Shown here piece after piece: positions 1 to 13,874 of a stretch of 64,000 nucleotides of DNA (position 1 is its first letter; every line of letters begins with the position of its first letter). The position numbers and the translations under genes were made by a program. Location: contig NC_043008.1 of the NCBI RefSeq assembly GCF_006345805.1, positions 7,130,001 through 7,194,000 of the forward strand, in the 5' to 3' direction. A model generated the notes under the pieces. The model did no database searches. It was given only the letters and a program-made list of their open reading frames with translations, and was not told the DNA's origin. The stretch comes from Octopus sinensis. Taxonomy: Eukaryota.

Positions 1-40
1 AATAATAATAATAGTAATAATAATAATAATAATAATAAAT

Positions 41-232
41 GGTTTCGATTTTTGGCTCAGCACCAGCTGTTTCGGTGGGAGGGTTTTATGTTGATTATAT
101 CGACCCCAGTGATAAACTGGTATTCATTTTATCGACCCCGATAAGATGAAGGCAAAGTCGACTTTGGCGGATTTTGAACCCGGAATGTAAAACCGGAAGA
201 AATGCCTCGGAACATTTGGTCCGACGCAATAA
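41..232 (-). mobile_element. tRNA-derived SINE, subfamily B (diverged); (ATT)n tail is the (AAT)n at 1-40
   Basis: Reverse complement has a B-box-like GGTTCAAAATCC and the GCCTTCATCTTATCGGGGTCGATAAAA central block shared with about 15 copies in the window. Confidence 0.85.
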
Positions 233-539
233 TGGTCATATCTGTATTTTGCTACGTTCACAAGACTTTCTAAATTTTATTGTAGAAAAAATAAAATGGG
301 AATCGATGAGTTGACAACAAGAGTTTTTAGGTATTTGACTGAAACCGAAATCTTTACTCAGGTTTGAACTCAGAGCGGGAACGAAAGCAAAATCGATAAC
401 CATTTTGTCCACTGCGCTCTCGATGCCGCCATTCGATTCCCTAAACAAAACACGCCCAAGAAGCAGATGTCGCGAGCAAGAACTTATTTCAGTATTGTAT
501 TATGCTATGTGGAAAACAAGAACCTATGTACTTAACACA

Positions 540-826
540 TACGGCAGCATACATACATACAAAGATACATACATACATACATACATACATACGTTCATAC
601 ATACATACATACATACATACATACATACATACATACATACATACATACATACATACTTACATACACACATACATATACACACACACACTTCTATACACAC
701 ACATATATATACATATGTAAATATATAAATGTGTATACATGTGCATTGATATATATGTACGTATATGAATACATATATATGTACAAACATATATGTATAT
801 ATATATGTACATATGTGTATACATAC

Positions 827-874
<48 letters not shown>

Positions 875-884
875 ATACATACAC

Positions 885-930
<46 letters not shown>

Positions 931-2749
931 GTTTGTGTGTGTGGATGTATGTATTCATTAAAAGATAAATATGTACACGGGTATCCGATTTGTTAAAGTA
1001 TAGATATAAGTGTGTGTTTGTATGTGTGTATGTGTGTATACATGACTATCTATGTAACAGAAGCTAGTCTCTCTCCGTACGAGTGGTATATACATATGTT
1101 TATATACAAGTATGCGTGTGTACGTATGTATGTTTGCGTACGTATACACACACACACACACACACACATATATGCGTATATTATACGTGTATGTGTGCGC
1201 GTCAAACGCATACATATTCAAGTACGTCTTTCATTCGTATACTTATATAATATACAACATACATACACACACGTATACAAACATGCACATACACATATAC
1301 AAATATACATTCAAGCATATACACACCAACACACACACACACATGCATACACACACAGGATGTACGCAAAGATATTACTGTGTGAGATGCGTTGCAATTC
1401 TTATTTTGTGTTGAAATATTGTTATTAGCACAATTCAGTCCAAGCCCTCCAGATGTGACCATCCCATGAAACACTTAGGTGTGATCCACCAAGAACGTAT
1501 TATTCAATATGCTGCTCTTTGCTTAGATTTTAATTTACGAGTGATTGATTTGACTGCTATTTCCAGAAGGTCGAGCGACCACATAGAGTTACTGTTTATT
1601 ATGAGGTGAAGGTGGTGGGCATAGAGATGGTGATGGTGGTGGCGGCGGCGGTGGAGCTGGTGATAGTGGTGGAGGCGAGGGTGGTAGTTATGGTTCTAAT
1701 GAAGTATGGGTGGTGGTTGAAGTGGTGGTGGTGGTGGTTATATTTTAGATGGTTGTAAAGGCAGTGATGAGGGGAAATGATACTTATGATATTGTCAGAG
1801 GTAGTGGTCATGGTGATTGCCGTAGTTCTTATTGATAGTGCAGTCGTTCCTCGATATGGTGGTGGTGGTGGTGGCGTTGCCTGTTGATGATGATGATGAT
1901 GATTGATGATGATGATGATGGGGAAGGTAGGGGCTAGGGTAGCGATGATGTCTGAAGGTGCTGTTGATGTTGTTGCTATTGATGATGATGATGATGAGGA
2001 TGGTGGACGATGATGATGATGATGATGATGGACACAGTAGTAAGAATGGTATTATATTAGTGGCAGTTGTGATGATGGTTATGATGATGACAATATTGAT
2101 GAATACGACGACGGCGAAGAGGATGATGAGGAGGCGGGGAAGGACGTGGCTGAGGAGGATGGTGATGATGATGATGATGGCGATGACTACGATTATTATA
2201 GAGTTGACTATGATGATGATGATGATGGTGGTAGTGGAAGGAGTAATTGTAGGGGGTCATCGTGAAATGGTAGGGACGGCGGCGGTGGAGGTGGTGTTAG
2301 CATTGACCGTGGGAGTCTTTTTAGAAATAGAGGTGCGTTCGTGTTGTTGTTGTTGTTGGTGGTGGCGGTAGTACCCGGAATAGAAGTTGAGGGTGGAGGT
2401 GGTGATGGTGCTGAGGGTACGCGGTTGTGTGTGGGGCGAGGGGCTACGCAGAGTAGGGAGTGTTTTTTCTCGTGATTTTTAGGAAAAGAACATATATATA
2501 TGTATGTATGAATGTATTTATATATATAATTATGTATGTATGTATATATGTAGGTCTCTTTGTATATTTCTCGTTGTGTGGGAATGTGAGTGTGTGTGTA
2601 TGTGGGTGAGTGTGTGTATGTATGTGTGTGTAGGTTGGTGTTTATGGATGTATGTACGCGGGAATTTCTGTGTGTATTTATACAAGTAACTGCATGTGGC
2701 ATTTATGCAAGTATGGGCTAACTTATTCATTCCTGTATATGAGATTGAC

Positions 2750-2785
<36 letters not shown>

Positions 2786-2808
2786 GCGTGTGTGTTTATT
2801 ATTATTAT

Positions 2809-2842
<34 letters not shown>

Positions 2843-3759
2843 CCATACATATACATGCATCATTATATAGAAATAGAAAATGCATGTGTGTGTGTGTGTG
2901 TGTATACAAATAAGGGGTGTGTTGCGTTATATATATATATGAGTTGATGAACGTTTGATGTTTACAAACGGGGGTAAAAATCTATTCACCACAAAAGCAG
3001 TGTAGATTGTGTCTCTGTTTCATTAAAAGCTGAAGCTTGTTGATTCTAAAATCGTGCGAACAATCGGAAACGTGAAATTACGAGGTACGATTCACTAAGC
3101 TTGTCTTCGTGCAAGCATACATACATACATACATACATACATACATACACACAGACACACGCACACACGTACATACATACATACATGCATACATATATAC
3201 ACACATATATACATACATATATACATACATACGTACATGCATCTGTACGTGTATATATATATTTATGTATGTGTATGTATATATATATATCATATATATC
3301 ACTATGTAGTATATATGCATGCTTGCATATATATATGTGTGTGTGTATGTGTGTATATACGTATGTATATATGTAGATATATATACACATACATACGTAT
3401 TCACACATAAAAACACACATTTATGTATACAAACGTATAGACTGTTACAGAGACTTATATTTATACATACATCAATGTATCTGTCTTTCTAAGTGGTTGT
3501 TTTGTGTATCTGACGGTAGAATATGCCGATCACGACGAGTGTATATACTCACACAATGTTTATTTATAAATGTAATGAGAGATAATGCGTGTATATCCTG
3601 GTAGGTTTCTGCTTGAGGTGCACACTTCCGTTAGTATTCAATAATATATCAACACATGCACTGATACGTACATACATGCATGCATGCATACATACATACA
3701 TACATACATACATACATACATACATACATACATACACACATACATACATACACACATAC

Positions 3760-3810
<51 letters not shown>

Positions 3811-4975
3811 CATACACACACAAATCTCGATGACAGTCCACTATTTATATATATATATATGCATATATATGCATGTGTATGTGTGTATATTTATGTATGT
3901 ATATGCGTCTGATCTGAGTAATAAAACGTATCCACTCATTCGTACATTTAAACATTCTTCCATACATATACATACATACATACACATACATATATATATG
4001 AATATGTCACTATGTGTATGTATAAGTATATATTTATATACATATCTATATAAATACAATATATGTACATCTAACTATCGATCTCTCTCTATATATATAT
4101 GTGTATGTATGTACATTTATATACAAACACACATACACTCATGTTCACATATGTATATCAGCCTCTTATGTAAATGTGTATGAATACGCATACATATATA
4201 CACATATACATATATTCACATGTATATATAATGTATAATGCATATATATATATTATGTATATATATGTATATATATTATATATATGGCAACAGAGAGAGA
4301 GAGAGAGAGAGAGCGAGATATGTATATATATATATATATACATACATACATATATATATATGCATATATATATATATCTGTGACTGTGTGTTTATGTTTA
4401 TTGCGTGATGAAAGCGTCTGTGTCTGTGTGAGTCTATGAAATTAAATAAGTGTTTCTTTTTTTTTCTTTTGAAATGAAATAAATTTTATTTAAAATGCAG
4501 GAAAATCTGTTGTGACTTTCATACTCTGCCCCAAACACGAACCCCTAAAATATCCATTCAAAGAATGAAACCGGTGAACATAAACCGGCGCACCGCCCTC
4601 AACCACCTTCACCCTAAGTTTACTCTCATTTTTATGTCATTCATTCAGAATGTATGAACCAAGCAGAAAGGCATGCACATCATGCATTCCCTCTCTGTGC
4701 GTTCCTCTCTGTGTGGGTGGCCCTCTGCCTTCTAGTTTCATAATAGTACATCGATATCTGTAGGTATGTATTCATGTACGTATGTAGTATGGGAACGTAC
4801 GTGAGCAGGCATAGAAATATGCAGAGATGTATATCATGCTTGTGTGTATGTGATGTGTAAGTACGTATGTTTGTATGCATGCTTGTATATATATATACAT
4901 ATACATACATACATAGATACATACATACATACATACATATATGTATTTATGTTTCTACACACACACATATACACT

Positions 4976-5019
<44 letters not shown>

Positions 5020-5095
5020 CATTTTTATATTTATATACAAACAGACAGATTGACAGAGAGCTAGGTAGATATAGCTGAACAGATAGATAAGATAG

Positions 5096-5140
<45 letters not shown>

Positions 5141-5190
5141 GAGAGAGAGAATAGATAGATAGATATATTGACAGATAAATAGATAGATAT

Positions 5191-5274
<84 letters not shown>

Positions 5275-5430
5275 GTAGACAGACAGAGAGACAGAAAGAC
5301 AGACAGGGTGGCAGACAGACAGAGAGACAGACAAACTGACCAACAGACAGACAGACAGGCAGATAGATAGACAGACGGACAGACAGACAGATAGACAGAT
5401 AGAGAGACAGATAGATCCGTACGTACACAT
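540..5430. repeat. Dense compound microsatellite field: (TACA)n, (TA)n, (CA)n, (GAT/GGT)n, (GATA)n/(GACA)n
   Basis: Directly visible; accounts for the YIHT/YVCM/IYLS ORFs. Confidence 0.95.
1422..1595 (+). repeat. Old dispersed repeat with a GATTTGGCTGCTATTTCTAGCA-like core; other copies near 9075-9160, 55470-55660, 58310-58380 and 58840-59035 (-)
   Basis: Recurring diverged motif (gatttgactgctatttccagaa / gatttggctgctatctctagca / aatttggctgctatttctatca). Confidence 0.55.
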
Positions 5431-6006
5431 GTTAACATCTAAGTATGTATGAATTTCCGCGTATATTTATAACTAAAGTATCGATGTTATGGGTTTGTGT
5501 ATATCGTTCGGTGCGTGTGCAAACGTATATAAGCTTTACAACTATCATGTGTGTGTATGTGTATGTATATAGGCGTGCTCGTCCAAATATGAATCAACGT
5601 ATGTATGTGTAAGAATATTTATTCCAAGAAATTATGACATGTGTGTGCTTGAGGACGAAATATGAAAATCAACAAACCACATAGAATATTGCAATTCAAA
5701 CTCTCACTTCGTCTCCCTTTGTGTCTCTCTCTATCTCTGTCTCTCTCTCTCACATTATGTCTCTCTCTGTATGCATAGCTGTGTGTCTGTCTCTCTCACT
5801 CACCCACCTTGCTCTCTCTCTCTCTCTCTCTCTCTCACCCCACGTATATGCACAGAAACATACACAAACATACATACACATAGATACACATACATAGATA
5901 TACTTCTATCAACATTCCGACATACCCGCAGAAGAAACAGAAAAGTCGTGCTCACTTATCCGACCCTATCCATCCATGCATGACCGATCAAACACACACA
6001 GACACA

Positions 6007-6056
<50 letters not shown>

Positions 6057-6172
6057 ACACACACACACACACACAGTCATGGACTCACTCACACGCAGAG
6101 CTTCCACCACAGACACATCATCGACAGAGAGCGAGAGAGACGGGGAGAAAACCAGAATGTACCAAAACTTAC

Positions 6173-6239
6173 CAGAAATAAGTAGAAGGTTAAGAATGGC
6201 CAGGACGGTCGCATGTAAAAGCTTGTCATTTCTCTGCAT
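6173..6239 (-). CDS. Probable first coding exon of a secreted or membrane protein: signal peptide MQRNDKLLHATVLAILNLLLIS(G), phase-1 intron follows
   Basis: ATG at 6239; charged N-region then hydrophobic h-region; ends at consensus donor TG|GTAAGT (6172-6167); candidate acceptor CACAG| at 6309 preceded by about 330 nt of pyrimidine-rich, AG-free sequence. Confidence 0.6.
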
Positions 6240-7144
6240 TGCTCTTCGCACGTTTTCCTACGATTACATCATTCCAAAATATTTGTTGTGGCCAGTTGTA
6301 CCTAGAAACTGTGATCGTGTACATCCCCGTTTAAGTCCATGTGTGATTTGAAGAACACAAGAAGTAGTTGTGGAAGGAAGGAAGGAAGAAAGGAAAAGAA
6401 CGGAGAGCGAGAGAGAGAGAATGAGAAAGAGAATGAGAGAGAGAGCGAGCGAGTGATAGAGAGGAACAGAGATAGAGAAAGCCAGGGAGAGAGAGAGAGA
6501 GACAGAGAAAGAGAAAGAGAGAACGATTGAAAGCAGAAGGAGAAGGAGAAGGAGAAGAAGAAGAACAACAAGAAAGCGTGGATAGAGAACGAAGCGAAGG
6601 CGGAGGTAGTGAAGTGAAAGAGAGGTAGAGAGCGAGACTGGAAACAGTGAGAGAGAAAGAGAGAGAAAAGGAGGGAGAGGGAGAGGTGGTGAAAATGAAA
6701 GAAAGTAGAGTTAAGAATTTAAGAAAAACGTCGGTGCGCCTATATACCTACACACATACACATATATGTATGTATATATATATGTATATATCACATATGT
6801 ACTATATATGTGTGTATATATATATATATATGTGTGTATATATACAGGCCCGTACTATAGATAAATTTTTCCGGATTAGTGTGGATGTTTGTGTTTTTGT
6901 TCTTCCTTTGTTTTTTGTTTTTGTACTGTTGTTTTTATTGTTGTTGGAGTGCTTGTTCACTCTCTTTTTCCTTTATTATTATATTATTATTATTATTATT
7001 ATGGGTCTCCTTCCGAAAGCTTGTGAAACAAGCTGTCCGCAGTCTTGTAATTTCTCCTCGCTTAGCTGACTGCCTCTCTCTCTCTCTCTCTCTCCCCTTC
7101 CAGCTCCTCTTCCTTCTCCCCCAACAACTCTTCATACAACTCAA

Positions 7145-7176
<32 letters not shown>

Positions 7177-7480
7177 ATACCACATGCACACGTTTTCTCT
7201 TACTCTCTCTCTATCTCTTTCTCTCTCTGCTCATGTTCTGCTTTTTTTCTTTTCAACCCTCTCTCTCTCTTTCTTTCTCATCCCTTACGCACACACATTC
7301 AATAACATCTCCCGCCACACACGAATATATATATATGTGTATATATATATATTGTGTGTGTATGTATATGTGTGTTTATATCTGTATGATCTTCATTCAC
7401 TGTGTATGTATACATGTCTGTCTTTAAATTAACTCTCTTCCTTCCTGGTATGTATGTGTGTGTGTGTGTGTGTGTTTATG

Positions 7481-7519
<39 letters not shown>

Positions 7520-7844
7520 GTACGTACGTATGTATATATATGTGTATGTATGCACGTATATATGTATTTGTGTATGTATACAAGCACACGTGTATGTATG
7601 TATGTATGTATGTATGTATGTATGTGTCTTTGTGCATGCGTGCGGTTATGTTTACTTAAAGCTTCCTATCTTCCTGTCTCTCTCTCTCTATCTCTCATTT
7701 TCACTCTCTCTCTCTCTGTCTCCCTCTCTCCCTCTCCGTCTCTCTGTCTCTGTTTTTATATCTCTCTCGCTTTGTCTCTCTCTCTCTCTTTCTCTCTCTA
7801 TCTCTCTCTATCAATCTTATACTTAGGGCACGCCATAGTTAAAC

Positions 7845-8148
7845 AGCAGCAGCGGCCGTAGCAGCAGCAGCAGCCGCAGCAGCAACAGTTGCAGCGGCGG
7901 AGGGGGTTGGGGGGTTGGCGGGGGCAGAGAACCAACAGATGTAGTAGTAGTGATATTAGCAGCAGCAGCACTACTCAGAAGCTGCGCGGTTCTTTCGCTA
8001 TAGTGTAGTAGTAGCAGTAGTAATAGTATCAGTATTAGTATCAGTAGTAGTAGTAGTAGTATAGTATTAGTAATAGTAGCAGCAGCAGCGGTGGTGGTCG
8101 TGGTGGGGCTGCTGGTGCTTGTGATGATCGTGGTGATACAACCAAGCT

Positions 8149-8184
<36 letters not shown>

Positions 8185-8300
8185 CAGCAGCAGTAGTAGC
8201 AGTGGTAGCAGCAGCAACAGATACGGCAGCAACCGCAGCAGCAAATATAGTAGTTGTAGTAGTAGTAGTAGTAGCAGCAGCGGCAGCGGCAGCAGCAACC
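7845..8300. repeat. (CAG)n/(TAG)n trinucleotide mosaic
   Basis: Directly visible. Confidence 0.9.
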
Positions 8301-9694
8301 AAGTAGTGAATGGAAATGTGAGAATGAGAGGAAGAGGCAGAGTGAGATGGTAGTGGGAGGTAAATAAACAAGGAAGTGAAAATTCAGCTGTAAGTTATAG
8401 TCTGTGTGAGTGTGTGTGAGTGTATGTGTGTGTGTGTGTGTATGTGTGAGTGTATGTGTGCGATTGTGTGTGTATGTGTGTGTTTTGACGCCCGCCGCCT
8501 TTACTGGGGACTTGAGAAGTACTGTCAGGCCTGAGTATAAAGCACAGCGTACATAAGTTATTGTAAATATACACACAGACACACACACAGACAGACACAC
8601 ACACACACACACATATATATATATGCATATATACATATACACACACACATACATATATATACACATATATGCACATACACACACACACATATATATATAT
8701 ATATACACATAGGTAAACAGTAAAAATAATTACAGACATGGACAAGAACATGAAACACCACAGAGACGACACAAGAACCATATACATATACACACTCACA
8801 CATATATATATACACATATATGCACATACACACACACACATATATACATATATATACACATACATATACACATATATACACATATATACATATACACACA
8901 TATATATACACATATATGCACATATACACATATATATATATATACATATATATACACATATATACACACATATATACATATACACACACACATATATATA
9001 TATACACATATATGCACATACACACACACACACACTCATATATATATATATATCAGTGCAACGGTAGCCAATGTTATCTTAATTTAAGGCGGTAAGCTAT
9101 GATCTGATGGAGATTTGGCTGCTATCTCTAGCAGGCAGACCGAATTACAGTATAGGGACTTCAGCGTGGCGTCGTCTATTCGTAAGCGTTGTCGTGTGTG
9201 TATACGAGTGCGTGTGCGGCTGAGCACGTGTGCGGGGCTGTGCGCGTGTGCGGCTGTGCGCTTGTGCGAACGTTACGCGAGCGACTGCGTGTACGGCCTA
9301 TGCGTGTGCGCTCGTCTATGAACGGCAAGTGTGTCTTTGCAATGATTGTACTTATCTCTGATATATTGAAACGACAAAGATACGTTGCGTGGCTCTTCGA
9401 CCCGATAGAAATAGTAGACAATGCACTCTCAGATAATCATAGTCTTAGACACGGAAAGGATGTTTTTTCTTCTCTTTTCTTTATTCCTGTAAGTCTAGAA
9501 AATGTGGCCGTGCTGATCGGATTTGCAGGCCCTCTTTCTGCGATTTTGTGATTGGTTCCGTTAACGTTCTGTATGAACTGTTGCGAGTGAGTGATTGCAG
9601 GGAAATGTTGTGTTCAGGAAATGAAAAACTGAAGGATGGCGCCTCCAGGAAGGAAAAATAGGAGAGGTTATTGTAGGGTTTGATGGAGGGAGCC

Positions 9695-10520
9695 TCATGT
9701 GGATGAGGTGAGGTAGGAAGATGACTGAGTGGGGAGATGTAAAGAGAGATGAGCGAGAAGGGGCGGAAAGTTTAGTGAGTGAAGAAGGGTTGAGAGATGA
9801 GTGAGTGAGGAAAGGTAGAGTGGAGTGAATGACAAGCGGTAGGGGTGAGAGAAAGAGAGAGAGTGAGAGAGAGAGAGAGAGATGTGCAAGGGAGAAAGAG
9901 CGGAGAGCTGAGTGAGTGAGGAATGGTTGAGAGATTGGTGAGTGAGGAAAGGTTGAGAGATGAATGAGTGAGGAAAGGTTGAGAAATGAGTGAGTGAAGA
10001 GAAGTATAGAGTTGAGTGAATGAGGAGAGGTAGAGATATGAGTGGGTAAAGAGAGGCAAAGAGAGATAAAGAGACGAGTGGGTGAGGGAGTGAGAAGCTG
10101 TAGAGAGATGAGTGAGTGAGGAGAGGAAGAGAGATGAGTGAGGAGAGGAAGAGAGATGAGTGAGGAGAGGAAGAGAGATGAGTGAGGAGAGGAAGAGAGA
10201 GTGAGGAGAAAGAGAGAGAGATGAGTGTGTGACGAGAGGTAGAAATATGAGCGAGGAGAGAGAGGTGGAGAGAAATCAGTGAGGAGAGGTGAAGAGAAGA
10301 AGGGAGAAGAGTGAGTGAGAAGTATAGATTTGAGTGAGAGATGAGAGGTAGAAAGATGAATGAGTGAGTGAGGCGAAGTAGAGAGTTGTATGAGTAAGGA
10401 GAGGTAGAAAGTTGAGTGAGAAGAGGTGGAGAGGTGAGTGAAGAGAAGTAAAGAGAGAGAGAGAGGAGTGAATGAGGTAGAGAGAGGAGTGAATGAGGAG
10501 AGTTTGAGTGGTGGTAGTAC
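9695..10520 (+). repeat. Purine-rich GAGT/GAGA degenerate satellite, with a 22-bp unit (GAGTGAGGAGAGGAAGAGAGAT) repeated about 4 times near 10114-10200
   Basis: Directly visible strand asymmetry and tandem units. Confidence 0.85.
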
Positions 10521-10786
10521 GATACCAGACAGCTCGAAAGAACATAGATGAAGGAAAGAAGTGAGGTGGGGAAACACATACGTGACGGAGAGTTTGAAGT
10601 GAGTTTAGGCGAAACTATATACCAGGGAGTCGTTGGTCTTTTCCTTCGGGTGGTTATGCGCACGTATCTAGCAGGTATTGGAAGTGTGTGAGACAGGACG
10701 GATGTTGGGTGGGCTTCGGTGAATTACCCTTCATGAGAAAGAAACATATGATGGATTCCTAGGGATGGCCTCATATAATGATGATG

Positions 10787-10838
<52 letters not shown>

Positions 10839-10943
10839 TAATAATAATAATGATAATAATAACAATAATAGTAATAATAATGATAATAATAATAATAAAC
10901 AATAATAATAATAATGATAATAATAATGATAATAATAATAGTG

Positions 10944-10983
<40 letters not shown>

Positions 10984-10996
10984 TAATAATAATAAT

Positions 10997-11411
10997 GTAA
11001 AATTTTGTGGGACTTTCCAATTCAAATGGACAAGAAGTTAAAAACAATTGACCAGATATTGCAATCATAGAGGATAAAAACCGAAGTTGTTTACTTATCG
11101 ACCCACCATGCCCGTCTGATACCAGGATCGTAAAGAGGAAGAAAAACAAAGAAAATACAATCATTTAAAATTTAAAATAGGAAGAATTCGATGCATGGGA
11201 ACAGTAAAGGTCATGCCTATAATAACTGGTATAGACAAATGGCTGAAGGAGAATTTCCTACATAAAGTTTGTTTCTTAGGGACAGCAAGAATTATTAGGA
11301 GGATTTTAAGCACTTGAAAAACTGCCGAAAACTTATGGATACCTAACGTTACAGGGAGTAGCCCGTTTCCCACATAAATCATACCAGGAATAACATCACC
11401 TGAACCAAACC

Positions 11412-11412
<1 letters not shown>
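10997..11412 (+). mobile_element. 5'-truncated R4/Dong-type non-LTR retrotransposon (restriction-like endonuclease C-terminus and 3' UTR), pseudogenised
   Basis: Translates KILWDFPIQMD..N*PDIAIIEDK..CLLID..CPSD, then after frameshifts VMPIITG..WL..KVCFLGTARIIRRILST*; flanked by (TAA)n on both sides, the known Dong target. Confidence 0.85.
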
Positions 11413-11460
<48 letters not shown>

Positions 11461-11463
<3 letters not shown>

Positions 11464-11920
11464 GGGCCACAGCAAATATTCTGCTCAATATCACAAATTT
11501 GACTGTCAGTTGTTTGACCTTGACTAGTAGAGCGTGTCCCTCAGTGGCTGATGATATGTGCATCTCTGATCAAGAGCAGAAGTAGTGGGGGAGCATCGTA
11601 GTCATGTGTTGAGAAGAATTCTTTGAACTTTGGATAATTCACTTTTGGAAACATCGGTATTTCATTCAACATCTTTAAACAACCCTTATTCAGGGACCTT
11701 TTGAGTGGGATGGGCTACTCAAACTAAAAAATTTCTAACTGGGTCTCACCTGCAAGGTCATGCGCTGTTAATCTTGATACGAGACCACCGTATCGCGTAC
11801 ATGTCGTTGTGATGCATGTGCCTGGTGTACCCTTATCAGACGAGTAGTCATGATGGGTATACTGGGCTTCGTATATTTTACACCAGTGTCACTTTAATGG
11901 CATGCACTTCTCTCTTACTC
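11461..11920 (+). mobile_element. 3' end of a second TAA-targeting R4/Dong-like element (last codons plus long 3' UTR)
   Basis: Begins MG/TANILLN (1-nt slip), matching the GTARII terminal motif of its neighbour; embedded in (TAA)n. Confidence 0.55.
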
Positions 11921-11945
11921 AATAATAATAATAATAATAATAATA

Positions 11946-11996
<51 letters not shown>

Positions 11997-11997
<1 letters not shown>

Positions 11998-12213
11998 GGT
12001 TTCAAATTTTAACACAAGGTCAGTAATTATGGGCGAAGGGGGCCAGCCGATTCAGTCGACTCCCAGTGATCAACTGGTACTTATTTTATCGATTCTGAAA
12101 GGATGAAAGAAAAAGTCTACCTCGGCGAAATTTGAACTCAGAACAGAAAGACGGACGAAATACTCCAAAGCATTTTGTCCGGGGTGTTAACGATTCCACC
12201 AACAGCCGCCTTT
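11997..12213 (-). mobile_element. tRNA-SINE subfamily B
   Basis: A/B-box head, shared central block, tail running into (ATT)n. Confidence 0.85.
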
Positions 12214-12522
12214 CAAATTCGCAATCATTGAAGAACTCTCCTGGCAAATACATATCGTTGACATAGCAATGTCTTCTTCTGAAGGATTGCAAAATAGAAT
12301 ACAGCTAATGTCAACAGTTTTCGCCTTGTTGAAAATATGGAGTCACGCACAAGGTGAGGTCATCTGAAAGTCTTTGTGAGTTTCTAAACCTCACTTGCGC
12401 ATTCCTGTATAGCGTGGTTATTATATCAAAACCTTTTGTTTTATGTTAAGTCATCGGTGCAAGAAACAATCTAACTGTTTAAGATCTCAAAAAAGATGTA
12501 AACTTCCCGAAAATTGCTAGCT

Positions 12523-12890
12523 GTTTCTTCTTCTTCTTCTTCTTCTTCTTCTTCCTCTCCTATTTCTTCTTCTTCTTCTTCCTCTCCTATTTCTTCTTCT
12601 TCTTCTTCTCCTATTTCTTTTTCTATTTCTTCTTTTGCTATTTCTCCTTTTTTTTTCTTCTTCTTCTTCTTCTTCCGCTCCTATTTCTTCTTCTTCTCCT
12701 ATTTCTTTTTCTATTTCTTCTGCTATTTCTCCTATTTTTTTTTCTTCTTCTTCTTCTTCTTCTTCTTCTTCTTCTTCTTCTTCTTCTTCCTCTCCTATTT
12801 CTTCTTCTTCTCCTATTTCTTTTTCTATTTCTTCTGCTATTTCTCCTATTTTTTTTTCTCTTCTTCTTCTTCTTCTGCTGCTGCTGCTGC
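12523..12890. repeat. (TTC)n with higher-order CTCCTATTTC duplications
   Basis: Directly visible. Confidence 0.9.
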
Positions 12891-13293
12891 TAGGAAGCAG
12901 TGTTAATTCCTCTAATTGCAGACTGCAGTAACACCATTGCAACAACCTTCACAAATGCGCCTTACTACACATGACCAACCTACATGACCATCACAACCAT
13001 TACAACCGCAGTGTATCTAGCAGGTCCAGGGACTGGCTTCAGATTCTCTTTAGGTGTATATAAAAAAAAGGTAAATCTATAAATTTATGGTGTTTTATAG
13101 GAAAGATATTGCAAAAATTCATCAGCGTTGCTCCTTTTCCTCCTCTCCTGACTCTTAGGAAACAGAAACACAACTAAATGGTTATTGACCATTTTCAGAC
13201 AACGGCATTCAGAGAGATAAATGTCTCTATATCGAGAAATGTCGTCCCGGGTAGAACTTTAAACTACATCCGAAACTTCGAAATTACTATCAA

Positions 13294-13699
13294 TCTCTCT
13301 ATATATAAACGGCAGTTTGTCTGTCTGTGTGCCTGTGTGGCTGTCAGGTTATACCCTCACCCTGACCACGGCTTTCAACCGATTCTGATGAAACTTGACA
13401 CACATAGCCGAATGTCATAATTCAAAACTAACGCAGCAAAAATTTTGAAAAGTTCCCCCAGTTCTGAAAAAAATCGATAAAATCGACATGGGGTCGAGAA
13501 TCTAAGCTTTTTATATGCAACGCATCTTCTGTCGGGAGACAGCTAGGAATATCGTATACATAGAAGTATTCGAGTGAAGAGAAGACATTGCAACCTACAC
13601 ATGCGCCTTCGTTCCCTAGAGGGAAAGAACTAGATTGGGATTAGTCGTTGCCTACTAGGGGCTCTTACATACCCGGGCAACGCCGGGCTATGCTGCTAG
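13294..13699 (+). mobile_element. Non-autonomous Helitron with both ends intact
   Basis: A|TC 5' start followed by TATATAAA and (CTGT)n; 3' hairpin CCCGG-GCAACG-CCGGG (13672-13687); CTAG|T terminus; no TSD. Confidence 0.85.
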
Positions 13700-13874
13700 T
13701 ACAATAATAAACCCCAACTGTCTTTCAGGGTAATTTATTAAGTGTTTAGGAAGGAAGAACCCTAAATCATACCTGCGCGGTTATACACAGCCAATATCTA
13801 GCATCCCATGTTACTCAAGTTATGTTACGAACATATTGACTTGTTTTATCTTTGTCGTATATCCTTCAGTATGA

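Noticed and set aside
9561-10663. Two minus-strand ORFs over 320 aa
   Set aside because: By-product of the purine-rich satellite (S/L/H/T low complexity in two frames)
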